Notes under the pieces: generated by a model
Database searches by the model: none
Told to the model about the DNA's origin: nothing
The model's input: only the letters and a program-made list of their open reading frames with translations
Part shown: piece by piece, positions 22,830 to 38,500 of the stretch
How the letters are laid out: each line of letters starts with the position of its first letter
How positions within the stretch are numbered: position 1 is the first letter of the stretch
Translations under genes and position numbers: made by a program
DNA from: Lingula anatina
Taxonomy: Eukaryota > Animalia > Brachiopoda
Direction of reading: 5' to 3'
Length of the DNA: 64,000 nucleotides
Assembly: GCA_051362555.1 (NCBI GenBank)
Contig: CM120641.1
Location: forward strand, 9,424,001 to 9,488,000

Positions 22830-24855
22830 ATGGATGCTACAGTGTGGATTTTGCCTCTTACTTTGTTTCTGGGAACGATTGCAGGATACTCAGGTAAGAG
22901 CTGTTCATTTTCGAGAAGTCAGTGGTCTCTAAGCGTGTTATGACTTCAAAGTAGTAGTAAAATAGAAAAAAAATGGAATTATCCATTTACATAAGCTGAA
23001 ACCATATGAGCTATACTTAGGACGAGCTCCTTTTGTTCAAAGTTGGATGTACTCCGTTTACCCGCAGCCGATTCTGGCGTGTCTTCCGCAAGTTGCGCGT
23101 TATTATTTAGAATGCATTCTATCTTAACGATTTCGCCCTAAAGCAATATTTAGAAATATTATCATTTCAGCTTGGGGGCAATGGAGTTTCCAAGTTGTGT
23201 TTTTAAAAATTGTCAACGCTTCTAGATGTCTCGTAACTGTCAACGCTTATTTTAGTGAACTTTATAGCACTCGGCTCTGCATTTTGTAAGTGAAGAACTG
23301 TTGGTTACAACAAATCACTCTATATGGTAAAATATATACAGGTGCAGAAGAAACGCGCCGAAGATCGTAAACATGCATGTCATTTTTACATAGCTATTTC
23401 TGCCCTACTCTTCAATATTTGCTGGACAAAGCTCGTCTCATTTACAGGTTTAAAACCATAATGAGTCTTTGATGTTAAACACGTTACCTGCCGCCTTATA
23501 ATATAGCTCAACATTTTTACTGTTTATCTGCCATATCTGCACGGTCTCTGTTATGGTGATGTATATCTACTCCAGCCGGGCTAGTAGCGAATATGCTGTT
23601 ACAGTGTTGGCGGATACCTTCCTAAAATAACATTAAGATTTTCGAAATTAATCTCATTAAGTTAAAAATTTATAGCCAAGGTGGAGAACTGAAATGGATA
23701 AAATGATATTTCGATTCTGGAAATTTTCCAATTCAGTTAAACGACAATGTTAACAAGATAATAAGGTGTATATATCAATTTGTTTTCAACCCCGATCCTT
23801 ATTGTTTTAACTCACAACTATAATTAAACTGCACTATAAAACATAAGGAAGTAGTATAAAGTGTTGATGGCATAAAAGGACCACTTTCGGGTATTTTCCT
23901 GATACTTAGTATGTACCCATTTGGCACGCGAAGAAAAGATAAAAACATTAGGATCGATAATAGCTTTTCTCAAAGGAGGTGACAAGCCAATCTCTGGATG
24001 TTATCATATGATCTTTAATAATATTAAATATCAAATCACTTTGGCGCAGAATGCAAATGTGAAAGACACTTGAACAGGTTACTTTAGTGGTGCGAAGTAA
24101 CGACACCTAATTGTGTTGAACCAAACTATTATTTAAGCACATATATTTTTACATACGAGGTTCTCCTTACGCACCTCTACGTGAACGCTTACCTAAACAA
24201 ACACGTCTATTAAACCAAGTGAGGAACGTTTTAATGGCTTCTTTACCACGAACCTTCCTTTTTCCATAACTTTCACATGAGTAACTCATTAATGGATAAG
24301 AGTATTGTCAGACATCTTTCTATAAAGTCTATTGTCAAGTTTTGTAGGTACGTGGTGACAAAATGATAATAGTTAAAATAAAATAATCATATGATAACGC
24401 TAAAGAATAGAATATGTTTACTTAGTTTCTCGTGAAGAAGTATTTCCTTAAACGCAGTTTGGTATGAAATAAACAACACACGTGATAGTTTGAACCATTA
24501 ATTCGACATTCCATCCACATTTCTATTCATCATTCGGTGTAAACTCGTCATGCTCGGACTGCCAAGCGTATCGAAGCCAACTCTGGTTTTATTTAAAAAA
24601 AAAAACCGACTTATGCGACAGATTATGATTAACAGGATGAAAAGTGTGTCGTAACTAACAAATAGGTGCCAATTTACCTGACGTATCTATCTAAATATAT
24701 TAACTTGGCGATGGCATCGCTTAACCTTATTCAAAAAGGGGGGAAATTATTGATAAAACGACTAAACCGGGGTGGGTCAAGAAATAAAAAAAAGGGATGA
24801 GTTGTTTGTACTTGGTAAGTACCCAGAATGCGACCCACCCTAAAATCTCTCTCTC

Positions 24856-24886
<31 letters not shown>

Positions 24887-27800
24887 AATTGCGCTTTTAT
24901 TCCATGTTGAAATCCATTATTTACATCAGTAATATTAGCATAGGGCATTCTTTCCATGTGCTATGCACTTGTAGCAGAGCAGCAACTGGGAAGCATGGAG
25001 AAGGTTGTCACGTATGTCATTACGCTCACTTTTTCACTCTCCACACCAAATCACCATTAAATGAGAATAAACATGTTAGAGACGATATCTCCAAACATTT
25101 CAAGTAGCAGTCGGTGACACTCCTATTTTGGCCCTTAAGGATGGAAGCCTTAACCTGCTCTTTATATAAAGGGTTGTGAAAAGGTCACGCTGTAATTAGC
25201 TGGTCGCATTAAATCTTATGCTACTGAATTCAATGATATGAATTTTAGGTTGAAATTAATAATAAAACAAAGCAAGAAGTTGGAAGCTTTATTAATGGTC
25301 GAAATATTTGTGTGCAACAGAAAATATTATTTATTTATTATATTAGGAAATTATTTAGTTATTTATGCTTGTTTGATTGCATGAAGACTTGATTCTTTGA
25401 TTTGGTTATCAAAACCGAAATTATGCAGTGGATTATTTTTAATTTGGCTTTAATCCAAGCCCATTATAATCACGCAATATCAAAAGCACTCAAGTAAATC
25501 AAAAGGAAGTTACTGTAAAGTTATGTAAATTTCAACACGAACAAATGAAGGCAGGTTTCGAGTGGGTTTTCTTTCTGAAAAAAATGTTGGAAGTTTTTTT
25601 AACCGCCCTGTAAGGTGAACACTTTTGGAAGAAACTTTTGAGTGAGTAACACATGGTATTTAATAGTATTTTGCGACACTTTTCGGCGACCACAGTGCTT
25701 GTCGCAGTGAGTTACCGGGACAGTCAAATAGCTCTGCGACAGCGTGTCTGTCTGCGCTTGCTTTAAATACTTAATTATCAAAATGAATTTTCTTATTGTA
25801 CCTCAATCATTTTGAATATCTTACATAGGAAAAGTATGCATTTCCTTTTCTGAGAAAACGACCGCAAAAGGAAACCATCTCACTATCAAATGTGTACATC
25901 TTCTATTAAAGAAAACATCACATAAAAAGCAAGTTCAAATCATATCTTGACGGTATTTTAAAGGCAGTTAACTCAGATGCTCTTCTGTATTGTCTTGCAG
26001 AGATTTTAGGGTAGAGTCCACTATCATAGTGCACCGTAGTTCTACATATGTATGTATTTGCTGAACTTTTTAAATCGTAAATCACATCTATTCATGTTAT
26101 CAGTATATGCTACGACTTAAAATGCAAAAATATTTCAATGTGTTTTTATTGAGGGGGAGGGGTCTTACAGCCAAATGCCTTCAAATTGAAAAGACAATTC
26201 TTCTGACCCCTTAACACGTACCCAGATTCTTAACGAACACCTGGCGTCCCAAAGTTCATCAAAAGTGAGACACTGGCACGCGCTATTTTCAGAGATTTAT
26301 TCATAAAGATAACAGCACATAGGGTGAAATTGCCCCATGATGGCATGGTGAGATTATGATGAAGAGGGCTCATATGCATAGTTGTATGTCTCATGTGCCA
26401 CAAAGTACTAACTTCTTAAATATACATTGTACTATGTCGGGGAAACATACCCGTAGCTGTTGTGACGGCACGGTTAACGTGATCGTCAGATAGTGAGAGG
26501 CACTAAAACAACAGCTTCTTCATTCAAAGTTGATTTCTTAAATGACAACGTAATGAATACAGGTTGTCCCCGATCTCACTTGTCAACCCTTTCTACCCGC
26601 AATTAACAACCTTAACGTACGGCTGCATTCAGAGGATATAAATGAGCAATGGCGTGCATGGTGTGCCGTAGATCTCCCATCGTTATTTATATTTATATGC
26701 GAATTTAAAGAAATGAAGTTTTAACGTTTTTTTTTACTTTTTGATCAAAATGATATGCAAGATAACTACAAAGAAAACCTTAAGGCGTTAAATGCAGCGT
26801 TTGACCAGCAAGTGCATTGTCTTGCCGTCAGCAGCGCAAATATCTTGTACAATTTTTATGGACCTATTGTTGAACGCCAACAATTTTCGAATAAAAGTCA
26901 AAACTATCACCATGTCTAATAGCCATTCTGCACATTCTTAAAACCGTTATATTTGTCACATGTTCAGCAGGTAAAAGGTGGGCCTGTGCTCTAGTCCATG
27001 GAGTGTAAGGACATTGTTTGTGATGTGAAATCAGAAACAAACATGAGCTTTGGGTACAAAGTTATATTGATTCGTAGGCTAACATCTTGTTTTGTGGCTA
27101 CCAGTATGTTTAAAACTGTGTTAACAAAGATTAGAAAACGGAAAAATGGCAAAAGGCGGCCTTTGAAAAGACAATCTAGGTTGATCCTTGCTTACAGCAT
27201 TTATTACTGGCGGTGGTGTTGTTGCAAAATAAGTCCCCGAATTTCTGTCAGAAATGACATGGTACTGACACTGCTGCCATCTGGAGCCCAGGTCATAGTA
27301 ACATTGCCACACGTGGTGGCTAGTACACGAGATATGGGTCACATGGTAATTAATAATAAAACTTATGACATTTTTGTAAGCAACTACTGTATGATAGAGC
27401 ATATGGAATGCACATATAATTGACCATGTCACTGGGATTATTTTGTTCTCAAATTTTTCGTTTCCAGATAAATACTCCAGGGACAATTTCCTTCTATTCT
27501 CCGATCATTCCAACATTTACCAAATTTCCCTCAGTGCTCCCTCCCAGGTCCCCCAGCTGCTGCTGTCTGCAGATAAAACTAGGTGAGTGATGGCTGGGAT
27601 ATTATCAATATATTATAAATGCCACCTATTATCACTGCAAATAAAAAGACATTGGCATAATTAATATTCAGAAAAAAATAACATACCTGTAAGGAAACTT
27701 GCTATGCCATTTGAAATGAACTAGGTTTATGAATGAAAGTGCACAAAATAAAGCAGGACTTCAGAAGGATGTTATTTAAAAAGGATAAACATTTTATTGG

Positions 27801-29614
27801 CCTATCCTCTGATGGGCGCTTTGCGATACATACTAAAAAGGTGTGATTTTTTCTTAAATAAACATTATTTAACAGTTATGGCTATTTTGAAACTGCAAAC
27901 AAACTCTCTCTTATGTTATTTATAATAATACAACACCTGCACTTTTAAACACTCAAAAATTATTCTTATTACTGGTACTTGGATATTACCATTCCTACTC
28001 CATCCCTGCACTCGACTGGAAAACCAGGCGGTATCCTGGTTCTCTGGGTGCTGCCTGGGTATTCTATTTCATCATATTTCGTTCAGTTTAATATTATGTT
28101 TTCCTTGTTGGTGGAAGGGGGGAGAAAAGGGCTGCAGCTAGCAACAAAATGTAACGATCATCGTAAGACAAAGGGGAATGACTGTAGAGTAATATTTGAT
28201 TGATTTTATTTTGATTAGATATCCGTCCGCCATAGACTACGATCCCATAGAAGAAACAGTTTATTGGATAGATTCAGTCTCACATGTCATATGGAAGTCC
28301 TTTATCAACGGGACAGTTGAGACGAAAGTTGCCGATTTGGATGAGAGTAAGTTGAAAATGTCTTATCTTCTAGATATTTTTTTTATTTATGGAAAATTGG
28401 CCTAGATTCCATGAAACTAGTGGCCTTAATGCTCTAAGAGCATTATGTGATGTCTGATAAAAACAAACATCAATATGTCCTCCATATAGATTATTTTATG
28501 AATTCGTTAGTGAAGTAGCTTGACAAACACAAAACACAATATATAATATCGGTTAATTGATATTTTGGCCAGCAAAGGCGGGTTTTATTTATGCCAAACC
28601 GAAATGAGAATTAATACGAAATTTACTTTAACTAATTGGCCATACATTGAAGATAAAAAAAAATGTAAATTTGCAATCTATTGCCAAAAGTACTGAAATA
28701 TGATGGGCTCACACTATAATGATAATAAGATAGGAATGAAAGAATTTTGTTGGGTTCAAGAAATGCCAAAACTGCCGATAAAGATACAAAAAGACAAAAT
28801 TAAATAAATTCCGTGCACTTGAGAGTCGAAAATTTAAATAATGAGTATTAATGCCAAAACATGTGTCAAAATGAGTGTGGAAAAAACTGCCCTAAAAAGT
28901 AGAAAATATAGAAGAGGTCAGATATTTGTGACTGATTGTAAACTTTTTGCCATGTAATTATGGAGGATTGTTGGATGTCGGAGTTCCTTCGGCAGGGTGC
29001 CACCCTGAGCTTCAGAGCTAACTTGACACTAACCTTTTCACTGTAGCCTATCTCCGTCGTGTGACACGACGGAGATAGGCTACAGTGAAAAGGTTAGTGT
29101 CAAGTTAGCTCTGAAGCTCAGGGTGCAGGGTGCCTGATCCTAAAATGAAATACTTGTTCAGGATAAACCAACTTCCAATTAGCATTTGCTGGGCAGCAAG
29201 TTAACGTGCTATATATTGATTAAACTGTCACCAGTCGATATTTTGCACGTGGTTTTGAAACAGTTATATCTTCACAGAAAAATGGCCTACGCTAATTTAG
29301 TTTTAATACGCACGTATCTGTACATGTAATGAAGAGATGCGTTTTGACAAATCCCGTTGAAATGCAGAAGGCTAACTAACGCGGCGCTTTCTTTAAAAGA
29401 CACTATTCTCTTTCAGCCTCTGTTCCCATGGGCATAGCCGTAGATTATGTATCTAAACTTATATACTACACGGACGCAGGAGAGCCGTCTATCAATGTGA
29501 TAAGAATGAATGATTCCTTGAGACTTGTCATTGTTGACCAAGGAGTAAAGCGACCGACATCAATTATTATTGATCCGTTTGATTTGTAAGTATCTCCACT
29601 TATTCTGATATCTC

Positions 29615-29647
<33 letters not shown>

Positions 29648-32600
29648 TGAATTGTATGTTTTTAAAATGTTACACATGTGCACAAGTGGAAACTGGACCA
29701 CAGATTTCCCTATACAATGTGATGGATTCAGAAATTAGGGGTACTTTTTCTAACTGTTAGATAGACTTGTGATCTCAGTATGATATATGGTTATGAAAGA
29801 TATATGAGTTTCAAGATCTTTATTCGCAGAAATTTATACTGGATAGATGAAGGTCTGAGGCAAGTCATGCGCTCAGATATGAGCGGAGCCAAAATTGAAG
29901 CCGTTGTCTCCCAAAACGTAGCGGAACCAAGAGGGTTAGCCTTGGATCTGAAAGGTGATTAAAAATATGTTTAAAAATGTTATTATCACTAATCAGTGAT
30001 GTCTTATCTGATTATATGTTATGAGCTGAAATGTTATTTTAAAATACCTTTTACTACCAACAATACGTGGTCTTTCCAGAGCAAAACTTTACCAGAAAAT
30101 GTCATTATCTATAAATGTATGGATTACGATTATATGACTTAAGATATATATACATTTTTCTTTTTACAGGCCGACGACTGTATTGGTCGGACGCAGGCAG
30201 CAATACTATTAACGCGCTCAACCTTAAAGACAACAATGTACAAATGATATACAATGAAACAAATCGCAACCCAGGTTACCAGGACATTGCCCTGAAAGGC
30301 AACAGTACACTGTATTACACAGCTTCAGTTGAAAGGTAAAATCACATCTTAACTGCAACGTTCATTTGATAAAAAAGTTCAAGTAGAATTTGTATTAATG
30401 TCCCCAAAATTGTCAGGAATGACATGGTCTTGACACTGCTGCCATCTGGAGGCCGGGCCATAGTAAGATTGCCACACGTGGTGGCCAGTGCACGCTAGGA
30501 GGTGATCATTCGCCCCATTGGTACTCGAAATATTATAATATCTTCTGATATCTTGTGTATGCAACTGTGTCAGAATAAAAGTAGATACCTGTTCATGATT
30601 TCGAAATTATTAGGCATTCTTGTCTGTTTTATATAAGTTGTGCTGTGTTCCTTAAAAAATAGCAAATTTTTATACCTTGTTACCTTGTTAAGATACAGAC
30701 GTGAAGAGGCCTTTGTAAAAAAAGTATCGAAAGATGATAATTTCGATAATTTAGAAATATGCGCAAAGATATCATATGTTATAATCATATGTTATAATTC
30801 TAGCCATCACAAACATATACATCTTTATATAAATAATATGTGTATATTTGTTGCAGGTCTCCTGTGCAGATTTCCTTCCCAGGCAGCATAAGAGATAAAG
30901 TTGGTTCACAAACATTCAGCAACCTTCGCGGCATAGTGGCCTATGAGTCGTCCTCAAATTGGCTACAGATTTACGGCAACAGAGGTAATAAATAGCAAAT
31001 TTAAATGTATAAAATAGATGCTGAAATCACCTCAAGTGTATGGTATGTTGAAATGTGTGATGCCAACGTTTTCGTGCTGACAGAATTAGATTTTCAAAAT
31101 CTAATGCCTCTTTACCTTTGGGCATTAACTACTAAAACTTTTTTAAAAAGAATAAATGTTTTGAGATTGATTAAAGACACCACTTCTTTGATTTGTTTAA
31201 CTGATTTCAACAATTGATTAAAATGATTCCCAGGAACTGCTAGATGTTCTGTCAACAATGGAGGATGTGAAGATCTGTGTTTTCCGGTAAAGAACCAAGA
31301 GGGCAGAGTGTGCAACTGTACAGGTAGTAAGCGATTACTGGCAGATGGAAAATCATGCTCTGATGGTAAGTGGTGACCCAAGCTGTGGGTTGTCATTATC
31401 ATAGAAGTTTTTTTTATTTATGTTTGCATTAAACTGTATAATCAAGAAGTATAATTATCTCAACAACGAATTTTTCTATTTAAATTTTTTCAGTTTTTCC
31501 TTAAAAGATGTTCATGAATCCATGGTTAAATCTTTGTATAATGACAGTAACTTAATACCAATAATGGATATTTATGAAAACTTGCAGATGTCGATTTATT
31601 ACATATAGTTGAAAGTATAATTATATTTCAAAATATTTACCTTACATCCAATTACAAAGCGTTTTCAAATATATCTTAAAACAAAAACTTCACTCCGTTG
31701 TTTTTTTTTTTACCGTTTCAGTGACTGCTTTACATGGTTCCAACATTCTGTTCTTACAAAACCTGGACAGCCTAGCCATAGCCTACATTGGTGGTATACC
31801 GGGGGAGCCAATTGCCTGGGTGAGGAGTGATGATCGACCGCTGTCCTTCTGGAGGATCAGGTCCCGGGGAAGAAGACTCACAGCCATTGACTTTGATTAT
31901 GCCCGGGAAAGTGTCTACGTTGCAGACACCGAGACGAAAACAATTCGAGGTTTGGCACTAAACGGAAGCGCCATTCAGACTTACACGATATACTCTGGTG
32001 CGTATGTTTCGACTGGATTGTTTAAAGTATTCAGTAATTAAAATTCTTGTTGTTTCTATAAAATTTATTTTTGATAGTGTTTGAACCTTTACATTTTATC
32101 TTCGGTCTTGAAGCCATCCATGTAAATTTGTCTGTCGTATTGTTGTTTAGTTTTTTCAACTCGGTGATCTATATATTTAATGTTAACATGTTGAAATGAT
32201 ATGTTTTTACAAGGCATTTCAACAAACGCTGGTGGTGTCGCTGTGGATTGGATAAATAAAAATATCTACTGGACAGACGCCGAGTACCATGTTGTTATGA
32301 TGGCTAAGTGCGAGCGGTCATCTAAATATGTCCGGACGATAGCCACGGAAGGTTTGGACAAACCCCACTCCATTGCCGTGCACCCAGCAAGAGGGTAAGT
32401 TGAACTGATTAAAGGCTATTTCAGTATGTTTAGTGAAATTTTATGATACAAAAAATAAAAGATATTTAAAATGAGAAGCAATCAGCATACGTCTGTGGCC
32501 ATTAACATCTAAACTGACAATCTGAATATCCTGACAATTTAACCACGTCCTATCTCTAGAGGTGTCTGAACGACAATATAAATATCTAGAAGGTGGAATC

Positions 32601-35503
32601 ACGTGTTATCTAAGTGGCTGAACTGACAATCTGGAAATCAAGAAGATCGAACCACGTGTTATCTAGGTATCTGAATTGACTATCTGGATATCGTAATCTT
32701 AGATGTAGGATGAATAATAAATGCACCATCTTCACGGTAGACACTTGGTCATGTGTCATATCTACATGTTCTCTTGTAAGGTCCGGGCTAGACACTTGGT
32801 CATGGTGTTTTTATTTTTCTTCATACCCCTAAGATTATCTTTAAAACACATATGGCAATATAATAACAGAAATTAAGTGATTTTCGTCCGAAAACGAAAC
32901 CATATAATCTGCTATCCGGCGTTTGTACGCCTAAGAAGCGATTATCCTCTTATCAGTGAAAACCGTTTCGTCGTTTTAGCTACGTATTCTGGATTGATTA
33001 TGGAGAATTCAACAAATTGGAAAGGTCCGAACTGGATGGCAAGAACAGAATGATAATAGCTCAAGGATTTGTTGGAACACCAAAGGCTTTGACTGTGGAT
33101 TTCCAAAACGACAAGTACGTATATAGTTCTTGAGATTTAATATATTAGCTACAGGTGTACAAAGCTGTCACGTGTCTGGACAGATTGCATTGGATATGCA
33201 CCTTATTCTATTCTTAATTAATCAATCTTAAGTACATAATATCTCAACATAGGAGGGAGAAAATCTTATTATTACTATATCTTATATCTTATTTGTTAAT
33301 GTGCAGTTATATGAAGGCTTTGGCCAGCATTAAGAGATCGTCATAAATTTGCCATTATAATTTCTATAGAACAAAACATGATTTGTCGTGTGTCAACTGA
33401 ATTTACCTCATTAAACCAGGGTTTACTGGGCGGACATCTTGTCCTCGGGGACCTTGACCTCCAGTGTCATCTACCACAGTGATCTGGACGGCAAGAACAA
33501 GGTGGAATTCAAAACAAGCACCTACTCCTCCATCCAGTCAATGGTGTTTTTCAAGGTAAGAAGAACACAAGGGGATGGAAGATTTGCATTGTTTCCATTG
33601 AAAAGGCAATTTTTCTAAATGGACTAGTTAGGTTTGGAATTGATACCAGAAGGTACCATGGTAAGGTACCACAAACTTTAGATGCGATGTGTGCCAGCTT
33701 ATTTTTCAAATTTTCACAAGTACACGCGACAAGAAATTTGAAATTAAAGTAGTCAGCCTGCGTCTGCTCTGTAACTTGATGGGCACATTTGTCAAATAAT
33801 GCACGTGGGTAGACAACAGATGAGTGGCGTACATTAGTTTAGTATTTGGGCCACGAAATCATAACGTGACATATGGCTTGTTATGCCTTTCATTGAAGTA
33901 GTTCATTTTTCACAAAAGCATGTCAGTTTTCTGCGATAATCAATTAATTATTGATGAATTGATCTTGTTTATTTCAAAATCACAAGTCACTTGTATTCTT
34001 CAGGGAATGTTGTTTACCAGTGACCACGACAAGCTGCCTCTAATGGGTGTTTATAACGCGACAGACGCCGAATCGATGGTCATCCGGATTGGAGGGGCAG
34101 GACCGGTCACTGGGGTCACGGTGTATCACAAAGACAGACAGGCCATGCCCAATGTACCAAGTAAGGGGTTATTTTTGTTACACATGTATTGAGATCTTCT
34201 TAGGATCATACTACAGAGAGAGAGTTATTCCAGCATTAACATTTTATTAAGAGACTTGTGTTCTACACATTTTTGCAAAACGACACTTTTGTCGTACCGT
34301 ATGTGCTGTTTTTATCTGTTATATTTTTTGGCGTGTAGAGTTTCGCCCTTTTAGAACATAATAATCGACAGAAATAAGTATTAAAATTTTTGTGGGTTGG
34401 GTTATAGCTTGGTGCTCTGTTTTTGAGTAATATCTAATTGGAAGACCTCACTTGAATTATTAGATTCTTTATTTGAATGTGTGTGTGTGTGTGTGTGTGA
34501 GTGTTTTTAACACGCGGGCATGTAAAGAAGCAGACGTGACGGCACACAGTATTGGTGCAAATTACAACAACAAAAACAACAACAACAACAACAACAACAA
34601 TAATAATAATAATAATATGTCTCATATTTCTCCCATAGATCCATGTTTATCTAAAAACTGTGATCAGCTGTGTGTGGTGACGCCGAAGAACCTTGCTCGT
34701 TGCACGTGTAGCAATGGTTACACCTTCGACACCGACAGCGGTAAATGCGTAGGTAAGGTCCGGCAATTCCGATCTGTAGCTTGTCAACTCATAATTTATT
34801 ATCCGTGTGACATTAACGGAATATTTAATTTTGACCTATAAAATTTCGTGCGTAACTGAGAGTAGATGTTTTTTCCCGAAAGAATTCTTAAAAGCATATC
34901 TTATTTTACTGTGTAAAAAATACGTCTTTAGATTCCACTGTATTAAGTTTGACGTAGTTTTCTTTGTAGCATTTTGATTTAAGAAAAGGAAAATAAGAAA
35001 TTTAGTTTTCTTCTTTTTTTATATTGTATGTAGTTTGTACCAAAAATCCTTTGGCCTGAAGATAGTGCATTTACATCATCATATCTACATGTACATGTAT
35101 AGGCTAACCAAAACCCTTTCAGAGCCACAGCGTGTTTGTTTTTATTGTATTTGTCTTTACCTCTCTCTCACTCTTTCCAGGATCTGAAATCAAATCCGGT
35201 TTTATGTATTCGCTGGGAGACCGGTTGTGCCAGCCACATTTTAATGTGACCTCGTCCACAGTTAACACCCCGTACGACTACTGCTTCCTGAAACAGTCCG
35301 TGCCAGGCGACGTGGACGTCACGGAGATCTACAGGATTGCCGTCAATAAATACTCCCAGGAGGTATTCTATTACAGTTCCAAGAAGAGGTTGATGCGCAC
35401 CATGCTTACTAACACCTCTGACGTCACGTCATTGATTTATGGTATCGACAGTTTAGGAGGTAACTGATATATACAGGTGTTGCCTAAAGCAACAATTTAA
35501 AGT

Positions 35504-35551
<48 letters not shown>

Positions 35552-38500
35552 TCTATTTTTGCTTTCAGTTTTATAGATGCTAACATTTATTTTAAGGTAT
35601 TGTTGTTGTATAAAAATTTAGAACAATATTGTACATTGTCATTAGCACATTCCATTGTATAAGCTACATAACGAATGAAAAAATTTTCAATATATTTTTC
35701 AATGTATTATGCATGCCAACGCACCCCTTTTTTTATCATACATTCGATTCGATTTGATTTAATACGGGTTGCTTTATCTTTTGACAGGGTTGGCCCTGGA
35801 TTGGCTCTCTGATAACTTGTATTGGACAGAGGTCACCAATGGTCAAATATGGGCAGCAAAGACAGATGGGACACTTCAAAAAATTCTCCTAAAGAATCTC
35901 TCTAGTCCGAGAGATATAATTGTTCATCCCCTCAGAGGGTAAGCTGTTTATTTTTTAATGTGATCGTAATTGTTCAGCATATGTTCATACAGTGAATAGC
36001 CTATATTGGCGTCGAGTAGTTGGATAACAAACTCAAAATTTGTGATGTATTTCAGTTCAAGTCACATTTTGTTATACTTGTGCAATTCTATATCTTTGAA
36101 ACAACAAGAGTTTAAATAAATATCAAATCATAAAAACTCATTACACTTCATAGTTATGCCATATGATTGCCTTTTTATTCTTATTTTTCAGATCAATGTA
36201 TTGGATTTCCAAGAACAAAATCCAGACTGCAGATTTAGACGGTCAAAATAAAAGAAATTTGATGAACATTTCTATATCCCCAACCTGTCTTACTTTTGAC
36301 TATATTGAAGAAAGGTAATAATGGCAAATGTCTTCAATCACTTATATACACTTACTCCATAAAGACAAATGAACAGCAGCAGCGATCAGTCCCAATTGTG
36401 TCTACATTAAATAATACATGAAGCCGTCAACTAAAAATTATAGTAAATACGTAAAAATGCACGTTATTTTGATAATTGTTTTATAATATATATTTTTATC
36501 AATTCAGACTTTACTGGTTTGATAGTAAAGACAAGGATATCCGGTCTGTCGGCATATTAGGAGAAGATCAACGTATAATCACATTACCAAAGAACTTCAA
36601 CAATATCACTTCTATTGCTGTCTATAAGGTAGAGTTTTAAGCACATTTTTTTTCTTGATATCAGAACATAGTTCAGTGAAATTGGACGATGGTAAATATG
36701 ATTAAACATTTGCCAGTAAAATGCAATATTCAAGAAAAGTCATCTTTTGAAAATGGATGTTATTTTAATCTTATCTGAACACATATTCCAGCAAGGTTTC
36801 AGATTTATTCAAACAGAATAAGCTTATATTTCAATTAGTCTTAAATGTCTTATTACAAATGTATGTTTATGACACCGATTACAAAAACTTTCTAGGGAAT
36901 ACTGGCGTACACCGACATTACGAATCAGACGGGTTTGCACTTGCTGAACATCTCCAATTCAAACAGCCCCATAGCACAAAACGTCACAACCCTCTTACAC
37001 AGAGATCATACTGACGCTTACGATGTAATTGTTGTAGACCGCAGCTATCAGCAGTTGACACAAGGTACGAATGGTGATTTTGACTTAAATAGTCGACAGT
37101 GATTAAGTTACCGAAATCTTAAAAGAGAAAATACTTAACTCACCCCCCTCCCCCAACTTGCCTTTATTGAAGACGTTGGGTGTATAATATTGTTTAATCG
37201 ATTTAATGTTTATGGATCACAGGTTGATTAACATACCTTCTGACTTAAATATAACGCATCTATTTTCATAATCTCTGACCACAGCTTGCGCTAGCGGTCT
37301 GTTACAAAATTAATTTATCGCTCATACCTAAATCTTGTATACTATTTTAGAAACCCATGATATCAGAAGGTACAATTTTTTTACGATATTCATTACGTGT
37401 GTATGTGTATTGCCAACCATGAGTGTAGTGTTATTTTTGGGCAAACCTGTGCTACAAATAGATTTTGATGGAGTTGTGTGAAAATTATTCTAATCCTTTT
37501 CTATTTAGCACCCTGTGACAGTAAGTCCCAGCATGGGTGCGAACAGCTCTGTTTTCCCAAACCAAGTGGAAAAGTGTGTGGCTGTATTGATGGCATGAAG
37601 TTACAGGCGGACGGCAAAACATGTGAATCAGGTAAAAAGTCTAATCTTAACCCCATTTATCTTTGTTAGGTAAAAAACAAGTACAACAAGTGTTGCTGCT
37701 TTGTTGTAATAAGTAAGCACGTTGTTGAATGATTTTGTACCGTGATTTGAATTAAATGTGGCCAGCTAAAATTGATAGACCCTATCTCATCAAGTTTTTA
37801 ACAGTTGAAACTAATCCCTATTCATAAATTAATTCTTTACAGCTAAGATCATGGAGGATAATTTCTTCCTGATTGCGGATGACTACAGACACTCGATATT
37901 TCAAGCAGACGTTGACTTTAAGACGTTATCTGCCCTTAAGCTTCCTACTAATTACGAGTGGCCTATGGGCATCGACTACGACCCCACAGAAAAACGAGTT
38001 TATTGGTCCGACTGGAAGAAAGGCATAATTCGAAGCATGCATTTGAATGGTACTGGTGTCATAACGCTTAGGCAAGGGAAGCCAGGTAAGGAAGATTTCA
38101 AAACCTGGACGAAGTTAATAGACAATTTTTGACTTTTCAATAACACCTAAATTTAACAACTTGTTTTATTTGTTGATCCAATATGACGGAGATTATCAAA
38201 TGAATCAAATTGAAACCCAATGTACATCCAGTAAACATACCTTTAATATATATAAAAACTTAAATGAAGTAGTATAATTTATCACTTTTTTCTAATAACG
38301 GCTGTATCGGATTCTAAATACAATACCAAAATGTAACAGTCCTCTGCAGTTTTTGAATGCTTCCGAGACAAACATTTAGAAATATAAGTTTTCTACTTAC
38401 AAAGTTCATTTTCTAATTGAATTAATAACAGTCGGGTCAACTGTTTATTATAGGATCCAGAGTAGACGGCGTTGCCATCGACACCAGTTCTAAAAACCTT

